NCBI GenBank assembly: GCA_046716985.1
Contig: JBKJWG010000315.1
Span: 1-54,508, forward strand
Direction of reading: 5' to 3'
DNA length: 54,508 bases
Origin: Anaerolineales bacterium
GTDB lineage: Bacteria > Chloroflexota > Anaerolineae > Anaerolineales > UBA11579
In this document: one piece after another, positions 9,315-17,589 of the stretch
Layout: every line of letters starts with the position of its first letter
Numbering within the stretch: the first letter of the stretch is position 1
Position numbers and translations under genes: made by a program
The notes under the pieces: model-generated
Told to the model about the DNA's origin: nothing
Database searches by the model: none
The model's input: the letters and a program-made list of their open reading frames with translations, nothing else

Positions 9315-10426
9315 TCCCGGTTTTCGAACCCATTATTGCCGAGGACGAGATCGCCGCGGTGGTGGATGCTTTGCGCACGGGCCAAGTGTCCGGCACTTTC
9401 GGTCATTACATCAAGGATTTTGAGAATGAATTCGCTCATTACGTTGGCTGTAAATATGGGGTGGTGGTCAATAGCGGCAGCTCGGCGTTGCACCTTGCCG
9501 TAGCCGCGCTTGACCTTAAACGCGGCAGCGAGGTGCTGGTGAGCGCCAGCACGAACATTGCTACGGCTCTTGCAGCCCTTCACAACGGTCTCGTTCCTGT
9601 GCCAGTTGACTCCGAAGCTGTTACCTGGAACCTGGATCTTGATCTGACGGAAAAACTGATCACGCCCAAAACAAAGGCGATCATCCCCGTGCATCTTTAT
9701 GGCCACCCGGTAGATATGGATCGGTTGATGAAGATCGCCAATAAGCACAACCTGATCATGATCGAAGATTGCGCCGAATCGCATGGCGCCACTGTGCGCG
9801 GCCGCATGACCGGCAGCTTTGGCCAGATGGCTTGCTTCAGTTTCTATGCCAACAAAGTGATCACCACCGGGGAGGGCGGCATGATCACGACCAATGATGA
9901 GAAGTATGCCGAGCGCCTGCGTTTGCTGCGCAACCTGGCTTTCACGGAACCGCGTTTTCGGCATGAGTTGGCTGGTTTCAATTTTCGCATGCCCGGTTTC
10001 GTGGCGGCGCTTGGCCTAGCTCAGTTCCGCAAGATCGACAAGATCGTGGAAGAGAAACGACGAGTGGCGCACAGCTATTCAGAAAAACTGAAAGATATAC
10101 CGGGCTTACAGCTGCCTGCAGAAATGGAATGGGCCAAAAATGTGTATTGGATGTATGGCATTGTTGTGAAGCCTGAGTTCGGGATCAGCCGGGACAAATT
10201 GATCGAAGCTTTGGAGGAACGTGGCGTTGAATCGCGTACATTCTTCTGCCCAATGAACCAGCAACCGGTGTTGAGGAAAATGGAAGGCTTCCGAGAAGTT
10301 CCCTGCCCGGTAGCCGACTCTCTATGGGAAACAGGCTTATACCTGCCCTCTGCGTGGAACTTGAGCGAAGAAAATATTACTTTCATCTGTGATGCCATTC
10401 GCCAAGCGCCGCACTGGGAAGGCTAA
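9311..10426 (+). CDS. DegT/DnrJ/EryC1/StrS-family PLP-dependent sugar aminotransferase
   Basis: GTG start in a GTGA overlap. 'VNSGSSALHLA' and the PLP-lysine region 'FSFYANKVITTGEGGMITTND' are characteristic of the family. Confidence 0.85.
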   Translation: MIPVFEPIIAEDEIAAVVDALRTGQVSGTFGHYIKDFENEFAHYVGCKYGVVVNSGSSALHLAVAALDLKRGSEVLVSASTNIATALAALHNGLVPVPVDSEAVTWNLDLDLTEKLITPKTKAIIPVHLYGHPVDMDRLMKIANKHNLIMIEDCAESHGATVRGRMTGSFGQMACFSFYANKVITTGEGGMITTNDEKYAERLRLLRNLAFTEPRFRHELAGFNFRMPGFVAALGLAQFRKIDKIVEEKRRVAHSYSEKLKDIPGLQLPAEMEWAKNVYWMYGIVVKPEFGISRDKLIEALEERGVESRTFFCPMNQQPVLRKMEGFREVPCPVADSLWETGLYLPSAWNLSEENITFICDAIRQAPHWEG

Positions 10427-10434
10427 CCTAGCGA

Positions 10435-11202
10435 ATGAGTTCCTATGTTGGCAAGCATGCCCAGTACTATGACACAATCTATGCCGAAAAACTGTATGCT
10501 CAAGAAGCGGCGGTGGTGGATGCTTGCTTGCAAAAACACGCCAGTGGAAAAATCACACGCCTCCTAGAGCTCGCCTGCGGCACCGGTCGGCATGCTTTCG
10601 AGCTGGAAAAATTAGGTTATCAGATCATGGCGACTGATTACTCCAAAGATCTGTTGGCCTTAGCTGAGCGCAACGCGAAAGAACAGAAATCAAAAGTGGA
10701 TTTTCGATATCAGGACATGCGCGAGCTTTCGTTGCCTGACCAGCCCTTCGATGCGGCCTATTGCCTTTTTGACTCGATCGGTTACGTGCAGAGCAATGAG
10801 GCGATACAGAAGGTCTTGGCTGGAGTACATCGCCATCTTCGGAAGGACGGGTTATTTATTTTTGAGTTCTGGCACGCGGCGGCTATGTTGAGGAACTACG
10901 AACCGCGCCGCGAACGCCGCTGGAAAACGAAATTCGGCGAGTTGGTGCGCGTCTCGTCCACTCGACTGGACGTTCCCAAACAGTTAGCTGAAGTCGCATA
11001 CGAGTTTCAAGAATTAGGGGCAGATGGTCACAAAGAAACCTTTAGCGAAACGCAGGTTAATCGTTATTTTCTTGTGCAGGAAATGACTCTTTTTCTGCAG
11101 AGCACAGAGTTCGAACCGTTGGATTGGTTGACGGCTTATCAACCGAAACAACCAATCACCGAAGACACCTGGCATATTTTGGCTATCGCCAGGCGGAATT
11201 AG
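10435..11202 (+). CDS. class I SAM-dependent methyltransferase
   Basis: Motif I 'LLELACGTGRHAFELEKLGYQIMATDYSKDLL', then 'FDAAYCLFDSIGY' and 'LRKDGLFIFEF'. Confidence 0.8.
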   Translation: MSSYVGKHAQYYDTIYAEKLYAQEAAVVDACLQKHASGKITRLLELACGTGRHAFELEKLGYQIMATDYSKDLLALAERNAKEQKSKVDFRYQDMRELSLPDQPFDAAYCLFDSIGYVQSNEAIQKVLAGVHRHLRKDGLFIFEFWHAAAMLRNYEPRRERRWKTKFGELVRVSSTRLDVPKQLAEVAYEFQELGADGHKETFSETQVNRYFLVQEMTLFLQSTEFEPLDWLTAYQPKQPITEDTWHILAIARRN

Positions 11203-11204
11203 AT

Positions 11205-12389
11205 ATGAAAGTCGGTGTCTATCTCGATGATTATGTCCCTCAAGATGGAGGCGGGTACACCTTCCAGGCAGAGGTCTTTGCGACATTAAGCAAACTGGCT
11301 GGCGAAAGCCGCCATCAATTTGTAGTCATTTCCACTTCCAACAAGGAAGTCGAAGCCCGGCTCAAGGGCACAAATTTGCAATGGTTGCCCTATCCGCCCA
11401 TCGGGCTGGCGGAAAAGATGCGCGCGTGGTTTGCTCGCAATTGGCCCGGTGGGCGCGGGAGTTGGCAATCTTCACTTGAACGCCGCGCCCGGCGAGCTGG
11501 CGTTGAATTCATGTGGTTTCTCAGTCCGCGGCCGAAAGCCGTTGACCTACCCTACATGACTATCGTGCTGGATCTGCAGCACCGGCTGCAACCCTGGTTC
11601 CCCGAGGTGAGCGCGAAAGGGGAATGGCAGGTGCGCGAACGTCATTACGAAGAGCTGCTGCCACGGGCGAGCGCCATTATCGCGGGGACGCAGGCGGGCA
11701 AGCAAGAGATCATTCGATTCTACGGAGTGCTTGAAGAGCGCATTCATATCTTGCCGCATCCCACGCCCGGCTATGCGCTGGCCGCAAAAGCTGGCGATGA
11801 CGAAGAGGTCCTCGCCCGCCATGGATTGAAGCGCGGTTATTTGTTTTACCCCGCCCAATTTTGGGCCCACAAAAACCATGTCAATTTGCTGCTAGCCCTG
11901 AGGCAATTGCGAGAAAGCGGTTTGAAAATCCCCCTCGTGCTTTCGGGCGCAGACTTCGGTAACCAGGCTTACGTCGAAGATCAGATTCGGCAGTTGGGGC
12001 TTGAAGATCAAGTACGCCTTTTGGGCTTTGTCCCTCAGAACGAGTTGCCCGAGCTTTATCGCGGCGCATTGGCGCTTACCTACGTCAGTTTTTTCGGGCC
12101 CGAGAACATGCCACCGCTTGAAGCGTTCGCGCTTGGTTGCCCGGTGATCGCTGCCAACGTGAGTGGCGCCGAGGAACAAATGGACGGGGCCGCGCTGCTA
12201 GTTAATCCCGCCGATCCAGCTGACATTGGCGCAGCCATTGGCAAGCTGGTTGGCGACAGCGAGTTGCGCGAACGGCTGGTTGCCAGCGGCCGCAAGCGCG
12301 CGGCGCGCTGGACGACAGATGATTTCATGCGCGGCGCCTTCGGCGTTCTTGATTCTTTTGAAAATATTCGCAAGACTTGGAAAAACTAA
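11205..12389 (+). CDS. GT4-family (GT-B) glycosyltransferase
   Basis: Track ORF 11124-12389 would overlap the upstream MTase by 79 nt. The in-frame ATG at 11205 lies 3 nt after the upstream TAG, giving 'MKVGVYLDDY'. Signature 'FFGPENMPPLEAFALGCPVIAANVSGAEEQMDGAALLV'. Confidence 0.75.
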   Translation: MKVGVYLDDYVPQDGGGYTFQAEVFATLSKLAGESRHQFVVISTSNKEVEARLKGTNLQWLPYPPIGLAEKMRAWFARNWPGGRGSWQSSLERRARRAGVEFMWFLSPRPKAVDLPYMTIVLDLQHRLQPWFPEVSAKGEWQVRERHYEELLPRASAIIAGTQAGKQEIIRFYGVLEERIHILPHPTPGYALAAKAGDDEEVLARHGLKRGYLFYPAQFWAHKNHVNLLLALRQLRESGLKIPLVLSGADFGNQAYVEDQIRQLGLEDQVRLLGFVPQNELPELYRGALALTYVSFFGPENMPPLEAFALGCPVIAANVSGAEEQMDGAALLVNPADPADIGAAIGKLVGDSELRERLVASGRKRAARWTTDDFMRGAFGVLDSFENIRKTWKN

Positions 12390-12429
12390 GACCGTGTTGC
12401 TCAATCGAGCAAGCACGCTCGTATAAGTT

Positions 12430-13380
12430 ATGACCTTTATCCCCGCATTGAGTGTACTGTCCTCTGTATATAAGGGAGCGACGTTTCTTCCCGGATTCCT
12501 CGAGAACCTGCGCGCCCAGACGCTGTTTCCTGAGCTCGAGCTTGTCATCGTTTTAAATGAACCAGATTCGGTTGAAGAGCAAATGGTAAAAGATTTCAGC
12601 AGTAAATATCCTCAGCAGGTTCAAGCCCTGCGCGTGGATAAAGTGGAAACCTTGGGCGCTTCGTGGAACCGCGGATGGGCCGCGGCGCGGGCCCCCTATT
12701 TGGCGATCTGGAATATAGACGACCGGCGTGTTCCTGATTCACTGGGCCGCCAATTGACCGAGCTGGAACAAAACTCTGATTGGGTCTTGTGTTACGGCGA
12801 TTATTTGACAGTTTCGGCTTACGGCAAGGAAGGCGGAGCGCTGCGTAGAACCCCAGCTTATAGTTCCTCCCATTTCAGCCGCGCCTTTGCCCAAGGCGGC
12901 GCCTTTTGGGTTTTCCGCCGTGAGCTGGCGAAACATACAGGTTACTTCGACGAGCAATTTGAGGTGGCGGCCGACATGGATTTATCGCTGCGCATGGCGG
13001 CTAAGGGATTGCAGATGGGGCGCGCTGATGATGTGCTGGGCTACTTTACCGATGCCGCGCAAGGGCTGAGTACACGCGAAGGCGCTAAGCGAGCCAGGAT
13101 CGAGCGCACCGCTGTTCAACTGCGCTATGCGGTCTTCGATAAAGTTGATCCCCCGCTGCAACTAGAAGCATTGGGTTATCGCTTGGATGCGATAAGGAGT
13201 TTCGGCGAATGGCACGCCATTCGCGAATATCTTCCAAATTACGAAAATTTTGTGCGTGTGCGCCAGCCGCTGCGACTGCTGGGCGGTCTGAGGTTTGAGT
13301 TGCGAGTCATTTTCAACAGGTTGGGACTGCTGAAATTGATTTACTGGGTGCAAGACAGAGTCTGGAAGCGCGAGGTCTAA
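12430..13380 (+). CDS. GT2-like (GT-A fold) glycosyltransferase
   Basis: 'LSVLSSVYKGATFLPGFLENLRAQTLFPELELVIVLNEPDS' and the DxD-like 'AIWNIDDRRVPD' fit a divergent Glycos_transf_2 layout. Confidence 0.6.
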   Translation: MTFIPALSVLSSVYKGATFLPGFLENLRAQTLFPELELVIVLNEPDSVEEQMVKDFSSKYPQQVQALRVDKVETLGASWNRGWAAARAPYLAIWNIDDRRVPDSLGRQLTELEQNSDWVLCYGDYLTVSAYGKEGGALRRTPAYSSSHFSRAFAQGGAFWVFRRELAKHTGYFDEQFEVAADMDLSLRMAAKGLQMGRADDVLGYFTDAAQGLSTREGAKRARIERTAVQLRYAVFDKVDPPLQLEALGYRLDAIRSFGEWHAIREYLPNYENFVRVRQPLRLLGGLRFELRVIFNRLGLLKLIYWVQDRVWKREV

Positions 13381-14330
13381 TGGCTGATCCGTTAGTTAGT
13401 GTTGTCATTCCTGCACGCAACCGCGGCCAGTATATTTTGCAGGCGCTGGATAGCGTGTTTGCGCAGACATTTACTGATTACGAAATTATTGTGGTCGACG
13501 ATGGTTCCACCGACAACACGAGGGAATTGCTTACCCCATTAATTCAAAAAGGTGCGGTTCGCTATGAGCGGCAGGAGGCAAAGGGTGTTTCGGCTGCGCG
13601 AAATCATGGTATTCGCTTGGCCCACGCGCCTTATATCGCTTTCCTCGATTCGGACGATTTGTTCCTGCCGACGAAACTGGAAAAACAACTAGGGGTCTTT
13701 TCATCCGAAAAAGATCTTGGATTCGTACATTGCAGCTTTTCCAAGTTTGATGATGAAGGTCGAAACCTGGGCCTGCGTGATACCTCGCGCTTTCAAGGTC
13801 AGATTTACCCAGATATGCTGCTCGAGTGGTCTGTTTTGATGGCCATGCCTTGCATGTTGATGCGCGCTGAAGTACTAAAGGAAGTGGGTGGCTTCGACGA
13901 GCAGATGACTTGGGCCGAGGATCTGGATCTTTGGCGGCGCATTGCCCGCCGCTATCGGGTTGGTGTTGTCCCCGAAGCTTTAGTGAAAGTGCGCGTGCAC
14001 GCGACCAGCACCAGCTATGACAAAACGCGCGGCAGTCACGGTTTTGAGCGTTATCTTGAGAAGGCTTTCGCCGAAGATTCTAACTTGAGCGAAGATTTCC
14101 GCAAGCGGGCTACGGCCAAGATGTACGCAAAACTCGCGCAAAACTTGCTGGGCGAAGGCGGCGCTGACCAAATGAAGCAAGCCCGCCAGCACGCCCGGCG
14201 GGCATTGGCCGCCAGGCCGCTGCAGTTGAGCGCACTGGCGACTTGGCTGGCGAGTCTTCTGCCAAAGAGTGTGCGGCTTGCCATCGCCTCGGGGTTGCGC
14301 TCGGTTCGTTACCCTGCTGCCAAAGCCTGA
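13380..14330 (+). CDS. GT2-family (GT-A) glycosyltransferase
   Basis: TAATG junction. 'VSVVIPARNRGQYILQALDSVFAQTFTDYEIIVVDDGSTDNT' and 'AFLDSDDLF'. Confidence 0.85.
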   Translation: MADPLVSVVIPARNRGQYILQALDSVFAQTFTDYEIIVVDDGSTDNTRELLTPLIQKGAVRYERQEAKGVSAARNHGIRLAHAPYIAFLDSDDLFLPTKLEKQLGVFSSEKDLGFVHCSFSKFDDEGRNLGLRDTSRFQGQIYPDMLLEWSVLMAMPCMLMRAEVLKEVGGFDEQMTWAEDLDLWRRIARRYRVGVVPEALVKVRVHATSTSYDKTRGSHGFERYLEKAFAEDSNLSEDFRKRATAKMYAKLAQNLLGEGGADQMKQARQHARRALAARPLQLSALATWLASLLPKSVRLAIASGLRSVRYPAAKA

Positions 14331-14357
14331 GTCGCTATAATCGCTTCTTCGGATTGA

Positions 14358-15518
14358 ATGCCAGCCACTCAAGATAAATTTCCAATTCTTTTCCTCGGCA
14401 CGCAAATGGAAGTGGCCGGCGCGCAGCGCGTGCTGCTTTCACAAGCACGCTGGTTTCATGAGCGTGGCTACCCCGTGCAGGCCGTCTTTTTTTATGACAA
14501 GCAAGGTCTTGCTCAAACTTGGCAGTCCCAGTTTGATTTCCCCGTCATCTCTCTAAACGCTTGGAAACCGAAGAGCCTTCCAGTTTTCAATCTACTCGCT
14601 GGATTGTTGCGGTTATTCCGTTTGGTGCGCAGGCAGGTAAAAGCCATCGTTACATTCACCCCGCACAGTAATCTACTGGGTTTGCCCCTTGCCTGGCTGG
14701 CCGGCGTGCCGGTGCGGGTTGGCTCTCACCATGGCTACATCGAAGGGTCGTCAACTTGGTTGGCTTGGCTGCACGGGCGGCTGACCAATTCGTGGTTGTG
14801 CAGCGCCATGGTGGCCGTATCAGAGCAGGTGCGCGGTTATGCCATAGCTCGCGAAGGAGCCAAGGCAACTAAACTCGTTGTTATTGAAAATGGAATTGAA
14901 CCGCTGCGCGTCGATAAATTAAGTGAGAGCCGCCGAAATGCTTTGCGTGCTGAAATAGGCATACCCGACGGGACGGTATTATTGCTGACCGTCGGCCGGC
15001 TGACTGTGCAAAAGGGACACACCGTGCTGCTGGATGCGATCGCTCAACTGAAAAAAAGCGAACCACCGCCCGTTTTTGTTTTTGCGGGCGATGGGCCGTT
15101 GCGAGCCGAACTAGAGCAAAAGACGCAGCAACTCGGAATTACGCAGCAAGTGCGGTTCCTGGGCGTACGTGCCGATATAAACGAGTTACTCTTGGCTGCT
15201 GATATCTTTGTGCAACCTTCGCTTTGGGAAGGTCTTTCGCTGGCGCTGTTGGAAGCATTGCTGTCTGGCGTGCCGGTGCTGGCAACTCAGGTCGAGGGCG
15301 TAGTTGATGTGGTCGAAGATGGCGATTCGGCTTTGCTGGTGCGGCCCAAGGATGCAGCCGCGTTGGCTGCCGCAATTGAGCTCATGCTAAAAGACGAGGA
15401 TCTGCGCAACCGCTTAAGTCGTGCAGGACAGCAACGCGCCAAAACCCACTATAGCGTTGATCTGATGTGTCAATCTTATGAGGATTTGTTGCACAAACCT
15501 GTAAAAAATGAGTCCTAA
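14358..15518 (+). CDS. GT4-family (GT-B) glycosyltransferase
   Basis: Signature 'LWEGLSLALLEALLSGVPVLATQVEGVVDVVEDGDSALLV'. Confidence 0.8.
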   Translation: MPATQDKFPILFLGTQMEVAGAQRVLLSQARWFHERGYPVQAVFFYDKQGLAQTWQSQFDFPVISLNAWKPKSLPVFNLLAGLLRLFRLVRRQVKAIVTFTPHSNLLGLPLAWLAGVPVRVGSHHGYIEGSSTWLAWLHGRLTNSWLCSAMVAVSEQVRGYAIAREGAKATKLVVIENGIEPLRVDKLSESRRNALRAEIGIPDGTVLLLTVGRLTVQKGHTVLLDAIAQLKKSEPPPVFVFAGDGPLRAELEQKTQQLGITQQVRFLGVRADINELLLAADIFVQPSLWEGLSLALLEALLSGVPVLATQVEGVVDVVEDGDSALLVRPKDAAALAAAIELMLKDEDLRNRLSRAGQQRAKTHYSVDLMCQSYEDLLHKPVKNES

Positions 15519-17589
15519 GAAAACGCGCGAACGATCATCTCTAACCATTTGGCTTAAACCCCTCATTCTTTTTGCTGGTGTGCTGTTGCTTTTAATGACC
15601 GGGTCCGAGATGCTTAATCTCGCCTGGGGGTCCGGACATTTATTGGGTGAACTTTCCGGGAAGTGGGCAGCCACTCTCTTATCCTATTTATTTCTTGCAG
15701 CAGCCCTTTTTGTCCTTTTATTCCGCAGCCTCTATGCACCTAGAAGGCTGAACATCTTACGCGGAAGGCTTTTGGCTTTACGCGAAAAATTAGGCAAGTG
15801 GCGTGGGCTGGTTGCTTTTCTTGTCGCAGCCTTCCCAGCCTATTTTGTTTTCTATTTCCCTTGGGGTGGTCTCTTCGTTGGCTTTTTCACGCGACTGCTT
15901 GTGTTCATCCTTGCGATTTCAGGCACCACAATTCTGATCGCATCAAAAAAGGAAGGTTTATTCTCTTGGCGCGCTCTGCTATTGGCAGGCTTATTTACGG
16001 GCACTCTTCTTGTACTCGCTGAATCTTTTGCGTTGGTTAGCAATTATCCATTTGCGTTGCATTGGTCCGAAGGCAATCGCCTGTGGGATTATTCTGTACT
16101 ATTCGGCCGCGCCCGTTACAACTATCCTGCTAGCGAGCCGGTCTTCGCTTGGATCGATCCGGCCCGCCAAGCTTTGTGGGGACTTCCTTTCCTGATGCCT
16201 TCTCTTCCAATTTGGGCCGCGCGTTTGTGGGGCGCGTTCCTTACAACAATTCCTTATGCACTTTTGGGTTGGTTCGCCTTCCGACCACTAAAAGAAGCCC
16301 GTGGACAATGGGTGGCCGGAGGCATCTGGGCGTTGATCTTCTTGAACCAGGGACCGATCTACACACCCCTGATCTTCAGTGCGATCCTGGTTGCAGCTAC
16401 CAGGCGCAGGCCGATGTGGCTGGCGTTGCCGCTAGTCTACGTTGCGGGCCTGTACGCGGGTAGCAGCCGCTTCACTTGGGCGTTCGCACCTGCAATATGG
16501 GCGGCGCTGCTTGCTCTAAGCGATGGTGTGTTACTCCATACGAAACTGACTACTAGGGACTGGCTGCGGGCTGCGGCGTTGGGCTTGGCAGGGCTTTGGA
16601 CAAAAGGCTTGCCCATCTTATTGGGTATATTGGCTGGACTATTGCCGATTTCGTCGTCTGTGGTTGCGACACCAGCACCAAGCGGCATGCCAGGCGAGCA
16701 AGGTATAGACACCATACAGAACTTGCAAGCCACGGCGACCGGGCAGCCCTTTATTTGGTATCGCCTCTTCCCTAACGATGTTTATCCTCCGGGAATTTTG
16801 CTTGGGCTGGCTTTAGCCGCCCTGCCCTTAATTCTGCTGCTTTGGTATTTAGCCCACCGTGGATTCTGGAAAACTGTTCTTTGGCAGCGCATTGCCCTGT
16901 TGCTCGGCTGCGGGTCGTTCCTGGTGGTTGGCGTGATCGCCAGCGTTAAGGTGGGCGGTGGCGCCGACTTGCACAACTTGGATATGTTCCTGGTCAGCCT
17001 GGTGCTGCTTGCAGGCATTGCATGGGAAGCCGGATTTTATAAACGCCTGACTAACTTCTTGCAAGAAAATTCGCGCGTGCGCTGGCTGCTGGCTGCCATG
17101 ATCCTGATCCCAGCGTTCACGCCGATGGCGAGCGGAAAGCCCTTGGTGTTGCCCACGGCAGAACGCACACAGTTTGTGCTTGAGCGCATCCAAGATAAGA
17201 TGACGTGCGCGCGGGAATTTGGCGAAGTGCTTTTTATGGACCAACGCCAGTTGATCACTTTTGGTCAAATGGGTGACCTGCCCTTGATTGTTGATTACGA
17301 AAAGAAATTTGTGATGGACCAGGCTCTGGCCGGCAATGAGGCTTATTTTGCACCGTTCCGTGCGCATCTGGCTGCCGGCCGATTCGCGCTAATCGTCAGC
17401 GAACGCGAAGGAACACTATACAAAGATCTCGATCAAGAGAGCGTTGGCGATAGCCTGGTCGAAGAAAATAATGCCTGGGTGCGCTGGGTGAGCACGCCGC
17501 TGCTGCAGTATTATGAGTCGGTGGGAAATTTCAAGGATGCGGCAGTAGAATTATTCATGCCCATCGAGCGCAACTTTGACTGCCCCTAA
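15508..17589 (+). CDS. polytopic integral membrane protein of unknown function with a C-terminal soluble domain
   Basis: 693 aa. The ATG overlaps the upstream gene by 11 nt. A basic N-terminus 'MSPKKTRERSS' is followed by more than 10 hydrophobic segments. The last ~170 aa are hydrophilic ('FMDQRQLITFGQMGDLPLIVDYEKKFVMDQ'). I recognise no family motif. Confidence 0.6.
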   Translation: MSPKKTRERSSLTIWLKPLILFAGVLLLLMTGSEMLNLAWGSGHLLGELSGKWAATLLSYLFLAAALFVLLFRSLYAPRRLNILRGRLLALREKLGKWRGLVAFLVAAFPAYFVFYFPWGGLFVGFFTRLLVFILAISGTTILIASKKEGLFSWRALLLAGLFTGTLLVLAESFALVSNYPFALHWSEGNRLWDYSVLFGRARYNYPASEPVFAWIDPARQALWGLPFLMPSLPIWAARLWGAFLTTIPYALLGWFAFRPLKEARGQWVAGGIWALIFLNQGPIYTPLIFSAILVAATRRRPMWLALPLVYVAGLYAGSSRFTWAFAPAIWAALLALSDGVLLHTKLTTRDWLRAAALGLAGLWTKGLPILLGILAGLLPISSSVVATPAPSGMPGEQGIDTIQNLQATATGQPFIWYRLFPNDVYPPGILLGLALAALPLILLLWYLAHRGFWKTVLWQRIALLLGCGSFLVVGVIASVKVGGGADLHNLDMFLVSLVLLAGIAWEAGFYKRLTNFLQENSRVRWLLAAMILIPAFTPMASGKPLVLPTAERTQFVLERIQDKMTCAREFGEVLFMDQRQLITFGQMGDLPLIVDYEKKFVMDQALAGNEAYFAPFRAHLAAGRFALIVSEREGTLYKDLDQESVGDSLVEENNAWVRWVSTPLLQYYESVGNFKDAAVELFMPIERNFDCP

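Noticed and set aside
9266-9964. 232-aa minus-strand ORF, plus similar 190-230-aa antisense ORFs at 30252-30851, 31131-31730, 41127-41735, 42967-43662, 44322-44939 and 52893-53543
   Set aside because: All lie fully inside plus-strand genes with clear enzyme signatures. None has a plausible RBS, start context or domain motif.
11124-11204. N-terminal extensions in the track ORFs (also 588-620, 8889-8900, 34558-34632, 36203-36211, 41091-41156, 41816-41914, 43716-43805, 45164-45235)
   Set aside because: Each extension lies inside the preceding gene. In each case an in-frame ATG or GTG sits at or next to the upstream stop (ATGA, TGATG or an RBS-spaced start), giving the usual coupled-operon geometry. 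I used the shorter coordinates.
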